From Camelus ferus (Eukaryota), in assembly GCF_009834535.1 (NCBI RefSeq), contig NC_045697.1, positions 115,446,001 through 115,510,000 on the forward strand: 64,000 bases of DNA. The letters run 5' to 3'. Of this stretch, positions 39,611 through 52,634 are shown one piece after another. The translations under genes were made by a program, and so were the position numbers. Below the pieces are notes generated by a model. That model did no database searches, was not told the origin of the DNA, and saw nothing but the letters and a program-made list of their open reading frames with translations. Positions within the stretch are counted from its first letter, which is position 1, and each line of letters opens with the position of its first letter.

Positions 39611-40054
39611 TAATAAACAATTCTAGAAAAAGCACATCATTTTCCATATCACTATTGACAGAGTTTGGTAAAATTTTCCACTAACTTTTTAACAGAATTT
39701 TCCAATAAAATATGAAAGAGAAACATGATCTCAGTCTGTATTTTCTTTTCCCCACAGAAATAGAAAGGAATAGGAAAGAGTGTTGGAGTGTTTGTGATTC
39801 TTCAATATTGTACATGTTTTCATATTAATAAGATAAAATTTTTTGGCCAAGATAATATTTAAAGCAATACATCTCTTTGTAACAGTTAATTATATTAATA
39901 CAAAGCCTCAAAGCAGATGGATATCTAGGATTATATCCAAAAACAGACTCAGAATGTTTCCATGCGTGGTGGGGTAAAGTCCATGAAAGACTAGCAATGG
40001 GATCTGTCATCTTTGCTAATAAGACTTCCAGCTGGGCATCTGCATCACATTTCT

Positions 40055-42670
40055 TTTAATTAGTAGACTTTTTAGAGCAGTTTTATATTAAAAATTGAAC
40101 AGAAAGTTTGGCAAATGCCCGTGTGCCCCTCCCCCCATTTCTCCTGACTTCCCCGGCAGACAGTCTCCCTCATCAATAACAACAGCGTGAATATGTACCT
40201 TTGCTGTAACTGATGAGATGACCTTGACACACCCTTATGAGCACTAAAAGTCTACATTAGGGTCCATTATTTGTGTTGTACACTTTATGTATTTTGAAAC
40301 ACATGGTGACTTGTATCCGCCATTCAAGCATCATACAGAGGTTTCACTGTCATGAAAACCCCCTGTAATCCCCATTTTCACCTCTCCTCCCAATCCTTAA
40401 AATCTTGGCAATCATTGATCTTTTTACTGTCTCCATAGCTGTGCTTTTTTCAGAACATCATATAGTTGGAATCTACTGTATTCTCAGATCAGCGTCTTTC
40501 ACTAGAAATTTGCATTTGGACTTATGCATGTCTTTGGGGGGACTTGAGAGCTCATTTCTTTTTATCACTGAAGAATACTTAATTGCACAGGTGTCACACA
40601 CATTATTTATCTATTTACCTATTGAAGGACATCTCAGTTGCTTCCAAGTTTAAGCAATTATGAATAAAGCTACTAAAAAGATATTTGTCAAGGTTTTGTG
40701 CAGACATAAGTTTTCACCTCATTTGGGTAAATACCAAGAAACATGATTTCTGGATAATATGGTAAACATGTGCTTGCTTTTGTAAGGAAGGCCAAATTGT
40801 CTTCCAAAGTGGCTCTACCATTTTGCGCTTCCATCAGCAATGAATAAGAGTTCCTGTTTCTCCACATCCTCACTAGCATTTGATGTTCTAATGTTTCGAA
40901 TTTCAGCCTTTCTACGAGGTGTGTGGTGGTATCTAATTTTTTGTTTTACCTTGCAGTTTGCTTATAACATATAATGTTGAACATTTTATTACATGTTTAC
41001 TTACCTCCTGTACATCTTCTTTGGTGAGACTTCTGTTTATGTATCTTTCCCATTTTAATTAGGTTATTTTTTTTTCTTATTGTTGCATTTTAAGAATTCT
41101 TTGTATATTTTGGATATCAATTATTTTCAGATATGCATTTTGCAAAGACTCTCTCCTAGTCTGTGGCTTGTCTCTTCCTTCTCTTAACAGCATTCTTCCC
41201 AGAATTTACATGTTTTTATTTTAATGATGTCCAACTTATCAATTTTTTTCTTTCATGGACTGTGTTCTTGTTATTGTAACTAAAAGCTCATTTCCAAAGC
41301 CAAAGTCACCTATTTTTCCTCCTGTTGTCTTCTAGAAGTTTTATAGTTTTGTACTCATTTTACATTTAGGTCTATGAAACATTTTAAGTTAATTTTTGTG
41401 AAAGGTGTATAATCTGAGTCTCTGTGCAAGAACTCTGTCTAAATTAAGGGGCTTTTTTGTTTGTTTTGTTTTTTGTTTGTGCATAAGGATGTCCAATTGT
41501 TCCAGCATCATTAGTTGAAAAGAGTATTCTACATGAAATTGCCTTCACTCCCTTGTCTAAGATGAGTTTATTATACATATGTGGATCTATATCTGGGCTC
41601 TCTATCCTTTTTTTTAAACTACTAATCTATTCTTATGTAAACACCACGCTTCGTAATTACTACAGTTTTATACTCAGTATGACACCAGGCAGAATCAGCC
41701 TTCCAGTTCTGCACTTCAATATTGTGGTTACCATGTGGGGTATTTTGTCTCTGCATATAAACTTGAGAATTAGTCTATTGATATCCACAAAGTAATTTGC
41801 TGAGACTTTGGGGTTGTATTAAATATATAGATCAATTGGGTCAGAACTGATATCTTAACAATATCTAGTCTTCCGATATTGAACATGAAATGTATTACCA
41901 TTTACTTACATCCTCTTTGATTTCTTTCATCCAAGTTTTGTACTTTTCCTCACGTAGATCTCGTACATACTTTGTCAGCTTTATTCCTAAGTATTTCATT
42001 TTTAGGTGTTAATGTGAGTGATATTCTGTTTTTAATTAAACTCCCATTTGTTCATTGTTGGTACATAGGAAAGCAACTGATTTTTATCTATTAACCTGCT
42101 ATTTTACTTATTAGTTTTAGAAGATATTTGGTTGATTCTTTGGGATTTTCTACATAGACAGCTATGTCATCTGTAAACAAAGAAAACTTTATTCCTTCCT
42201 TCTTAATCTGCAGACTTTTAATTTCACTTTCTTGTCTTACAGCATTAGGTAGGACTTTCAGGACAATACTGAATAGGAGTGATGAGAGAAGACATCCCTG
42301 ACTTGCTGTTAATTTAGTCTGAAACATCTACTTTTCCACTATTAAGTATGAATGTAACTGCAGGTGTTTTACAGGTGTTCTTTATCCAGTGGGGATGTTT
42401 TCCTCCACTCTTAGTTTGCTGAGAGATTTCATCAAGAATGATGTTGGATTTTGTCAGTGCTTATTCTGCAGCAGTTAACATGATCATATGATTTTTCTTA
42501 TTTTTCCTTTTGATATGATGAATTATATTACTTGATTGTTAGATTGAACTAGAAATACATGACTAGAATAAATCTTACTTGGTCATGATGTATATTTTTA
42601 ATATATTGTTGGATTTAACTTGCTAATATTTTGTCACAGAATTTTAAAATATATGTTCATGAAAGCTATT
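40055..42670 (-). mobile_element. Old L1 (L1MD-like) ORF2 reverse-transcriptase region plus 3'UTR
   Basis: ORF 42091-42327 QGCLLSSLLFSIVLKVL...SLFTDDIAVYVENP matches the L1 RT motifs QGCPLSP and FADD. Frames are disrupted. Confidence 0.93.
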
Positions 42671-43068
42671 AGTCTAAGTATGAGTTAGTTTTATGTTCCT
42701 CTATTGTATAAAGTAAGACGAAGTTCAAACATTCTTGTCTATAAGTTGTTATTCAAACTAAAAAGAATTTGCACATCTTTTAAAAGTTAACAAATCCCCA
42801 GCAATTTTTAGTTAGTATACAAAGAGACTTTTTAAATAATCTTTCAAGAAAAACCTAGATTCATCCAAATGTTTTTAAATCAGAAACAGACATGATCCAA
42901 ACGATTTACTAGAATAATTAATATGGAAAAAAATATCATGGGGAAAAGAAGGAGAACAGATGGCAACAAAGATATGCAAAGTTTGGGATGAGGTCATTGA
43001 AAACAAATCAGTAGACATGGAAAACAGACTTGAACTTAATATCTGGTCTGTTATTAGAAAGAGGAGGA

Positions 43069-43363
43069 TTCTATGTCTATGAGTCTATTTCTGTTTTGTA
43101 TTTATGCTTTGCTTTTTTGTTTGTGTGTTTGTTTTTGTTTTTGTTTTTTAGATTCCTCATATGAGCGATCTTATATGGTATTTCTCTTTCTCTTTCTGGC
43201 TTACTTCACTTAGAATAACTGGAATTTGACACAACATTGTAAAATGATTATAAATCAATTAAAAATGTTAAAAAAAAGAATATGAATAGGCAAGTCAGAC
43301 TGGAAGAAAATATTTTCAATATATATTCCTATGAAAGATTATATAAAAAAAAGAAAGAAAAAA
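43069..43363 (+). mobile_element. Young L1 insertion with 5' inversion and 3' transduction
   Basis: 13-bp TSD AGAAAGAGGAGGA at 43056-43068 and 43364-43376. Contains an inverted L1 segment, a sense L1 terminus with A tract, extra sequence and a second A tail. Confidence 0.9.
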
Positions 43364-43950
43364 AGAAAGAGGAGGAAGGCAATAGGTTGGATTAATTGAA
43401 GAGACTGGAGCTTAGATACCTGAAAGAAAAATCACAACAGGTGAAGAAAAGTCAGAAGAGAAAGACTTTATTGATGGGAAAATAGCAAATTAAATTTTAG
43501 GATTTTACACTGGAGTCAGGGGCAGGGAATGTGAGCAGAGTTCTGGTAGTGATTAATGATATAAAACCAGAGCCCCAAAGAAGGCAGGTTGATATTTGAC
43601 TTCCATTGTCCTGCAGGCCCTGCCTTACCATCTTCCCATTCCTCCTTTTGTGTGTAAGTTTGACTGCTTTTTCTGGGTCCCCCGAGTGGACACTATGATG
43701 ACTTTTAATAGGATGTCACCAGTTCAGACTTTTCCTCACAATTTCAGAAACCAGGTGAATACCGAATATATTAAAATGATTTCCCTCAGTTGATTCAAGG
43801 TGTCAGAGTTCAATATCTTCCCCCAAAACTTTATTCAAATTTTCCTAATGCCAGGGGTTCTCAATCTCAGTTTACAGGACCATTATTTTTTTCAGTCATT
43901 CAGTGAAAATCTAAGAAAGGGCAACTTCTCCCTCCTTCCTGTCTCCCACC

Positions 43951-43957
43951 ATACACA

Positions 43958-43988
<31 letters not shown>
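43951..43988. repeat. (CA)n microsatellite
   Basis: Read directly; another (CA)n lies at about 44512-44539. Confidence 0.95.
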
Positions 43989-43993
<5 letters not shown>

Positions 43994-44509
43994 CATGCAT
44001 CCAACTTTCCAAATTTACATCCTAAATCACTTTCAATGCAAACCTCCATCTCATGGCCACCAAACACTCCTTTCTTTCTGGTTTCTATCATTTCTTACCC
44101 TTGCGTTTGTAGAATCCTAACCGACACTCATATTTGTATTCCACAGTTGGATCGTCAGCAGGGTTCTGTGTAGCTATTTTCATACACAAACACAACTTCC
44201 AGCCATTTGAAATCTTATTATGGCTCATTTTTTAAGACGTAAAAGCTTCTAGGCTACCTAACCAAAAAGCTTTTCTTTATATAATGAACTTAAATTCATA
44301 GAACCTCCTGTTTTTCTCTCTTTCACACATATTTCTATTTCTATTTGGCTCATAAAGACGTTGTAAAGTGTTGTGGTACAAATAATAGCTATTTTCATTG
44401 AGCAATTTTCCTTTTCCATTTCCCATTATTTTAAAACTATTGCATCTTTTTTTTTTTTTTTTTGAGAGAGAGATTCTTGGGACACCAAAGAAGTAGCCTC
44501 AGACTTAAA

Positions 44510-44542
<33 letters not shown>

Positions 44543-47044
44543 TAACACATTATCAATTATTTTTAGCTATTCTTAGCACTCACTCTTAGGACAAATCTGA
44601 AGAACAAAACATTAACAACTGAAACAGTATTTTGACATTGATATAGATTATAGATACTAATTATTTTAAATGTAACTGAAATGTTTACTAGAAAGTATAA
44701 ATTCTTAGGATAGAATAAATAAAACTGAAAGATAAAAATCTTTATGTAATTTTTAAAAAGTTAGATGTTATTCAAGAAAATAGTTAAAAATTATCTTAGC
44801 AATTAATATCATGAAGTAACTAGTCAAATTCAAGTCACTCCTGATCTTATTTCATCTTTTCAAATATTTAATAATTTATATTTCTTATCAACTATAAGTA
44901 AAATAATAGGCTAGCCAGGAGACTAATTGTTTTTTATGGATTTGAAATTTACCCTTTATTAAATACATGGCAAATGTTGATCAGGATTCATCTTACTGAG
45001 AGATTTATTTCCAATAAAATTATACTTTTTACCCTTAACAATTATTTAGCAAGCTTTTAAAATAATCTATTTTGATTAATTGTGTTATCATTATAATATA
45101 GTGTTTTCTAAATCTGGAAAAGAGATGTAATGCCTCATTGGTTCTTATCACAAGAAAAAAGCTTAATTTAAATTTGCAATATAAATGTGCATTCATATAT
45201 ACAGAAGTACATTAATTGGTACATCTATAATTTCTATGTAAGAATTATTGGAAGATCAATTAAAGACATTAAATATGTAGGATTAAAATAATTATACTAA
45301 CATTTGAAACTTATTATGTTTTAATATATGAAGATACTCTAAGCAGATAAATTGATTGACTATGACTTAAATTATTGTATATAAATCTTTAGAGGGAGGA
45401 GAATAGAAATAATGTTTAGGGTGAAAGAAAAATGTAAACTTCTGAATGTTAATAATAAACTGTCAGTTTAAACCTGAATGGTGGTAGATATCAAATTGAC
45501 CTGGTATTTAGATTGCACTGGTTATATTTTTTAAAGAGATGTAACAGTTTTATTTTTGAATGCCGTTGTTTACAATGTACCAAAATTACATCCCTGGGAG
45601 CTATTTAAACTTGTAATGGAAAATTTCAGGTGAAAACTTATGTAAATTTGTAAACTTACAAATGTATTATAGAGAGCATAGGTTTCAAAATTATTTCAAA
45701 TGGAATACAAGCAATAATGATTGAAGGCCTTAAATGATCTCTGAGCACATACATTTCTTTTCATTTAGGATTTTATCCTTGTAAGTCCATAGAAGATAGA
45801 ACTTTCTAGATATTCTAGTTTAGAATAGAAAAATACTAACTTCCAAGGGAAGCTGTTTTACAACCTTCAAGACAAAATTATTCCCAATGTATTTAATATT
45901 TGTCAGCAAGTTATTTCCTGTATCTAGTGATCTGTGTTTGAATTTAAATCAAATTCTTTCTCTAGTAAAGGTATACAACTACTATCCAAATTTTTCTATT
46001 GAATAATCCAACATACACACACAAAATCCATTCCTTCCGTTTCCATTTTCAACCCTTTAATTCATTTATCTAGTTAAATCAAACTTCAAGCATCACTGAG
46101 AAATCTATGTAGCAAAATTGAAATTCCACTACTTTCTACTTGAAAGGAGTCTATAGGATTTTGAGCTTTTGTAATGCCAGATAAAGCTTAAATGAGGCTT
46201 TAAAACCAGATTACTTTTTGTGGGTGAAATCCTGAGCCTCTTCGAACTAGAGCTTACTTTCCTCTCTACCCACGTGAAAGTGCATTTAATTCACAAAGGA
46301 AAACAGTGGATTTATTAATTTAAATGATTTGTAAACTGCATGTTAATGGTCAACTTACAGCAAAAAAGAAAGCATTTTTAGAGAACACAGCATGAGCTAT
46401 TTGACCACAGAGCAGTGGCAACCTTCTAACACGCTAACAAAATGAAGTTAGGTATCTTAATTGGCTGAGATCAAACAATAACTGAAAAATCAAAGAAATG
46501 ATATATCAGAAATAGGAGACAAGTTAAACAACTTCTGATAATAATTTCTTAGTGAACCTAAGGGTTAACATAATAACGCTAAGTCACATTTTTTAAAGTC
46601 ATGTAAAATAAGTACATAAAGAGACTCAAAGCTTTAATATATAAAGAGTTTCAAAGTACATAAACAGAGTCAAAGGTTCTGGAATAGTTTTGTATGGCTC
46701 CAAATAACCTCCACCCGTTACTGTAAGGCTTTCCTCCAAAGAACTTGCTTAGGAAGAAAGAAGCATTCGTTATATGAACTGATTTTTTTAACATGTAAGA
46801 TGACAGCTTCCCCCCTCACCTGGATTCTCAAATATGATCAATAACCATGCCAAAACCATTTTTAGTCATTTCTGTAATTACTTGATCTTCTACCATCAAA
46901 GACCTCTGATACAAAGCAGAATGAGACTCAATTAGAAGACAAAATGGATTGTTGAAAACTGAACTGTTAGCAAAGAACAATTAGCAAGTTTTGTTGTTAA
47001 AGCATATCTAAATTGAGCTCAAGTCTTATATATATTTATATCTA

Positions 47045-49547
47045 GATTTCTAGTTACTACTATTGAGTAATAATTCAAAAACTTAGTGGCTTAAAGCAAC
47101 AATAGTTATTTTATTACTAGTTCTCATGGTTGTGGTGGTTGACTGGGCTCAGCCAGGTGGTTCTTGGCTGAGAGTCTCAGGCAGCTACAGTAGGTGGTGG
47201 CGCTGCTGTCATTACTGATGCTTCGTTGGTCAGGTCTTGTGGTTGATGCTGTCATCTGGGATCTTTTCTGTGATCATCATCTAAACATTCATATGCGACC
47301 ACTTCTTGTTGTAGGTTGCTTTGCTTCCTTAGAACACTGTCCATGTACATGTGCGGCAAAAGAACCAGAAAGAAACTGTCCAATGTCCTTCCCACCATGG
47401 TCAAAACCCACCCGTATGCAAAGGTAGAGAACAGAGATCTCCATCTCTTACTGGGATCAGTGTTAAATAATTCAGGGACTATGTTATGAATCAGTCATGG
47501 TTTACACACTGGCAACAGATAATTCACATCTCTCTCACATAAAACATTTAGAAATCCAGATGGTATAAAACTTAATTGTCATCTTATATGATGCAAAATC
47601 AATCCATATATTTGATGATCTTTCTTTCCCAAGCAAGCATTTTGGCCCTTTGAGAAAGGGAAAGCATTTAGTCAATTAAAATCCTGTAATACTGCCAGAT
47701 TGAATGATTCCATAAAACACAAAATAAATTTCAAGTTTTAAATCCCTTTCTAAGACCGCTTAAACCTCTCATCAGACAGAACTCAACGTCCAAAAACTTG
47801 CCATCTAAGTCACAACAAGTTGAGTTGCGGCTCTTGGTTTGGGTTTGTTGGGAACAGGTTTTTGGGTAAGAACTGCTCTCAACTTGAAGGCCTACGAACT
47901 GAAAAAGTTATGTGTTCTACATAAACTCAGTACACAAGTATTGTGTTAAGGCATTATAGCAATAGACACTGCTGACCCAAAGGGGGAACTGGAGTGCATG
48001 GGCCAAGTGCTGCTCCCTGGGAGTGATTGTCTATGGATTGTGGCTCCGTTTTCTGAGCTCTTGATGCCACCCACAAAGCCATCCATCCTTTGCCCATAAG
48101 AAAACAGACTGAACTGAATAATCAGTCTCAGCTGATTCACTGTCTGAAATTATGGGGATCCAAAGACTTATTTTAATTTCATATTTCTCTTTTTTTTCCT
48201 TTTTTGTCCAAGTTGGTGGTGCCTCCCAGAAAAACAATATCTTAAGAACTTTGTGGGTTTTCTATAAGTTTTACAGTTCATTCCTTTAGACAAAATGCAC
48301 AGCTATAAATAACTACCATTACAGGCCCTTCTGGACCTTTAGCCCTCAATGAAACTGCTATAGGACAGCACCCTTGAGATTCTTAGAAGCCCTATTGTTT
48401 ACAAAGAGGATTTGCAACACATGCCCTTAAGATTCATAAAAGGCCTTTTATCTCTCTAAAAGTTTCAATAAGGCACTACTTTATATTTCTTTGAAGTTTT
48501 CACAAAGTACTTTATAGTCTTACCCTGGATGTGACCTTGGCATGGAAGCTTTTTATTACTTTTTTCTTGGAGAATTATTGCCAACTGGAAAGGAGTGAGA
48601 AAACATTTTTCGTTTTTAATTTAGAGAACTCTCTTCTTTAGATGTTGTTCCAATTTTACTATACAATTCCTTTTGTTTCTTGCCTCTCCCTTCTTATGTG
48701 TAATGCATTCAACTAGAAAAAGCCATGTGGTATGGCTTTGCTCTCTTCCTGGAAATCATCTTAGATTTTCAAGTTCCTCGGGCACATTTCCTATTTTCCA
48801 TGTTATCATATATGATAGTGTCCACCAAATTTTCTGCCAGTGAGGTCCTCCTTCTTCTGGCTTCTCAAATCATTTCATCACTGTCCCTTAAGCCCCCATG
48901 CTCACCTCATGACTTTAGACTTCTGTTTAGCCTCTCCTCATGGCCCTTGAAGCTTTCACCAAAACCCTCCATAACACCTTTCCAGCCGTTCCTTTGTCCC
49001 AAAGCCAATGACACATGTTCTAAGTTGCTGTTACAACACTTTCCAGTACAAAATCAGTTCAGTTACTATTGCTGTGAAATAAATCACCTCCAAGAAGTAA
49101 CGACCTAAAAGACAGTTACCAATTTATTTTAATTGTTTGTTTCTAAAGATTGACTCTGCTCAGCTAAGTGATTCTCACTCAGAGTCTCACATGCTTTAAT
49201 AGTGAAATGGGGGCTGGGTCGGCATCACCACAATGTCTTTCTTCACTTTTCTTGTGGTTGAGGCTGGCTATCATCTGGGACCTCCTCTGCTGTTGACTGG
49301 AACATCTCCATGGGTGGGCTTCTTCATGTGGCTGCTTGACTTTCTCAGAGGTTGGTGATTATGTTTCAGCATAAATCACCCAAGGTAATTAAATAGCAGC
49401 TCTGTCATATCTAGCCTCAGAGGTGCTTAGAGTCTCTTCCTCCATAGTCAAAGTCATTCAGATTCGAACAGAAGAAACACGGATTCTGCCTTTTGATGGA
49501 AGGAGTGCCAAAGAAAGTGAGGATATTAAAAAAAAAATAACACCACG
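47045..49547 (-). mobile_element. Two-LTR MaLR element (MLT1G/H-like LTR-int-LTR)
   Basis: Two homologous LTRs (about 47045-47500 and 49052-49547; shared agttactattg, gctcagc...gagtctca, cttgtggttga.gctg...catctggga) flank about 1.55 kb of MLT-int-like sequence, which ends ccagtacaaaat next to the second LTR. Confidence 0.75.
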
Positions 49548-49699
49548 ATGGGAAAATAATAAAGTGAAATTTGCTAGCCAACTCTGACATCTACCCTTGT
49601 TCCATTTCCATAAGGTAAAGAGGTTCTTTGTTTACTGGAAAAGTAAACTTCAGAAAATTTGATTTTGAAATAATTTCCCAAAAAATGTACTTCTGTTAC

Positions 49700-49900
49700 T
49701 TGTGTTTGCTCTTGGTGAAGGTGTAGTTACAGGGCTACTTGAAAAGGTAAACGAGAGATGTGTCCGGGTTGTTAGTAATGTTTTGTTTCTTGACCTGGGC
49801 GCTGGTTAAACAGGTGCATTCACTTAACGAGAACACATCAAGCTTTACCTCTAGGATCTGTGCCTATTTATATTTATAGATATAATATTTCAATATGATG
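49700..49900 (+). mobile_element. Old L1 (L1ME-like) 3' end
   Basis: gtaatgttttgtttcttgacctgggcgctggttaaacaggtgcattcact...ataatatttcaata. Confidence 0.75.
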
Positions 49901-49914
49901 TTGCATTCGAAGAG

Positions 49915-51140
49915 TTTGTAAACAGGGTTCCACACCAAAAGAGCTTGGAAATCTCCACTCCATCCTACTGACAAGTAAAAGCTGAACAGACTGAAAAATC
50001 AGCAATTCTTTTGGGATCTGTTAAAGGGGGGGGGGTGCAGGGAAAACCACTGCCCTCAAGAGCAGAGGGACAGACAGGTCAAGACTGAATCACGGCTTGT
50101 GGAGCAGAGAGGCACAAGCAGAAACTGACATAGGAACAAAGACTGGGGTGGGAAAACCCGAACTGCAATTAACTAATTCCTGGACACAAGCTGCAGACAC
50201 ACCTGAGAGTTAAAAACTCCAAGGGGACCCACTCATAGTGGGACCTCCACAATAACTTGAGACTTACCTCCAGGAGACTGAGCAGGACCACACGGTAAAT
50301 ACAGGAGAAAAGTTTCCTCATACTTCCAACAGGAGGAGGGAAAAAGGAACTATTTTGAAATACACCAGAGCACTCTGTTCTTTTTAACGTCTCCTTTCAG
50401 GAGGAAACTAACCAAACCCTAACCTGTTGGTTATTACCAGAGCATAACAGACCTGGAGGAAGGGAAATATCCAACTCTGGCTTGTTCTAGCCATGCTGTC
50501 CTACCTAAGGGCAGGGAAGAGACTGAGAAGCATTTATGAAGTTCACAAAGCATTTTAGGGCAGTGAAAATACTCGTATGATGTTGGAATTATGGATACAC
50601 GCCATCAGAAACTCGTGCAAACTCATAAAATATGCAACATCAAGGTAAACCTTGGACTTGGGATGATTATGATGTGTCAATGTAGGTTCACCAGTTGTGA
50701 GTATGTAGCACCACGTGGCAGGCTGGTGTGTGCTGGTTTAGCGTCGTATGCATCTCGCTAGAGCAAAATGGTTGTCAGGCCGTCACCCTTCACACAAATT
50801 TTTGAAAAGAAACCTTTATTAAGGGAGCATCTTTGGACTCAGTTTTTAGAAACTTCTGAACCATGACTTGGAGCCAGCAAAGTAGGCTGTGGCTGTGGAC
50901 TTGAGCACAACCATCAACATTGCTGTTCAAGACATTGCAATTCATGTCCACTTCCAAGATGTAAACTTTTGCCTTTTTTTTTCCTAATAAAAAGAACATT
51001 AACTTAAAAGATGGAGATATTAAAAATGGGGGAGGCTGTGTATGCTCGAGGGTAGTGAAGATGTATATAGGAAATCTCTGTTCCTTCCACTTTATTCTGC
51101 TGTGAACCTACAGCTGCTCTAAAAAGCTTGTCTTTAAAAA
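49915..51140 (+). mobile_element. Old L1 (L1MD-like) 5' region fused directly to its 3' end, interrupted by a retrocopy
   Basis: The 5' part matches 21.9-22.9 kb. The 3' part reads ttttagggcagtgaaaatact...atgatgtgtcaatgtaggttca and aatgggggaggctgtg...gctgtgaacctacagctgctctaaaaa. Confidence 0.8.
50721..51010 (+). pseudogene. EIF4B: Retrocopied mRNA 3'-UTR terminus, probably EIF4B
   Basis: About 290 bp of non-L1 sequence splits contiguous L1 3'UTR text and ends with a T tract and AATAAA (50986-50991) about 15 nt from its end. The stretch gtaggctgtggctgtggactt.agcacaaccatcaacattgctgttcaa...aataaaaaga.cattaacttaaa is recalled from memory as the mammalian EIF4B 3' end; not verified. Confidence 0.5.
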
Positions 51141-52634
51141 CTATGGAAGAAAACAATTTTTTGAAAGAGTCTGTAAATATATCTTTTTTCCTGTGGGTGT
51201 TCATTACCATATTAACCATTAATTTCTTGGAGAAACAAAAAATCCCAAACAAACAAAATCATAATTGTGTTTAGTGAGAGCTTAAAGCAATGAATGGTTC
51301 TATTACAGGCTTGGCCCCAAGATGATCTATATTTCTCTGCATTCTGAAAGTAACTGCACATGCTTAATTTACTGTTTTGAAATATAATATATAATGATTT
51401 CAGAAACTGCCTCTGATGATTAAAAATGTGCAAATACTCAAAGTTTATATACTGGAATTATTGAAATATACCTATATTTGATTGAAATAATTTAAAGCCT
51501 ACCACAAAATAAAGTTGTACAGTTATATATCTTGTTTTGTTAAAGAAAAGCTTTGTGTAAAGTGAAATAAATTTATAGTGGTTTTGGAGTCTTACTGCCA
51601 GGAGTTCCCCTGACAAGAATCGAAATTTTTTAAATAAGCCAGCTTTCACTAAAGGACGGTAGCTCAAATGCATTTGGATAGCCTTCTGCTTTTCCGTTTG
51701 CTCACCTTATATATCTTACAACAATTCTCACAGAAACATCCACATAAACCCACAAGTGAGTCACAAGGTGTGCTCGCAGTAAATCTGGGAGGCAGATGGC
51801 AAGCATTGCTCTTCTGACTTTGATCACTTTAGTTCCTCTTTTTTCTCTTCTTGGATCTGCTTCAGCTATACTTTCTCTAATGTTAAAATTATTAAGTTTT
51901 TTTTTTTTTTTGCACTTTTATTTTTATCTTCCTAGAGCCAGCCTTGGGACTTAAAAATGCTTTAACTGTGTAGCATCTTAGATTGTAGACTAAGACTTAG
52001 GACGTAGATGCCTTATAAGCAACAGATTATCTGCTGGAGTTTGGATGATGAGATGTGGATAAAATGAAAAGAAATATAGATCTTTAAAAATCACCAGGTG
52101 ATATGGCCAGGGACCCAGATGGTAATTTGAGGTGTTTAAATGTAAGGAAAGTAAGAAACTAGTGCAATAGATTATAGTATTAGATCTACATGATGGCCTT
52201 ATTTTATAACCCAGCAATGGCTACCTTCAAGTGTAGCTAGTATCTATTACATATGACTAAAGGAATCAGACAGATATCTTAAGTCAAAGGACAGGTAGTA
52301 AAATCCAGATATTTCAAAAAAGTATCTGGGAGTTTTTTAAAGTTCTGTCAGACATGTTAAAAAGTTGGAGAGGATTTTCAGGTCTGATGTATCAAGGTAG
52401 AAAAGAATCCACGTCTAGAACACAGGAAGTAAATATTGGTGCTTATGAGCAAAAATGGTAAAATGAGCATGGCCTTTTTTTTTAATATTTCCCTCTGGGT
52501 TCTCACATGGAAATAGAGTAGTAAGAAATGATAGTAGATTCTCTGCCATCTTAGGAATCTTCAACTTACTCCAGATAAATGGTCCAGCTCTAATTTCCTA
52601 AAAACGGTGACATTCCTGATTTTATTAGTCAGTG

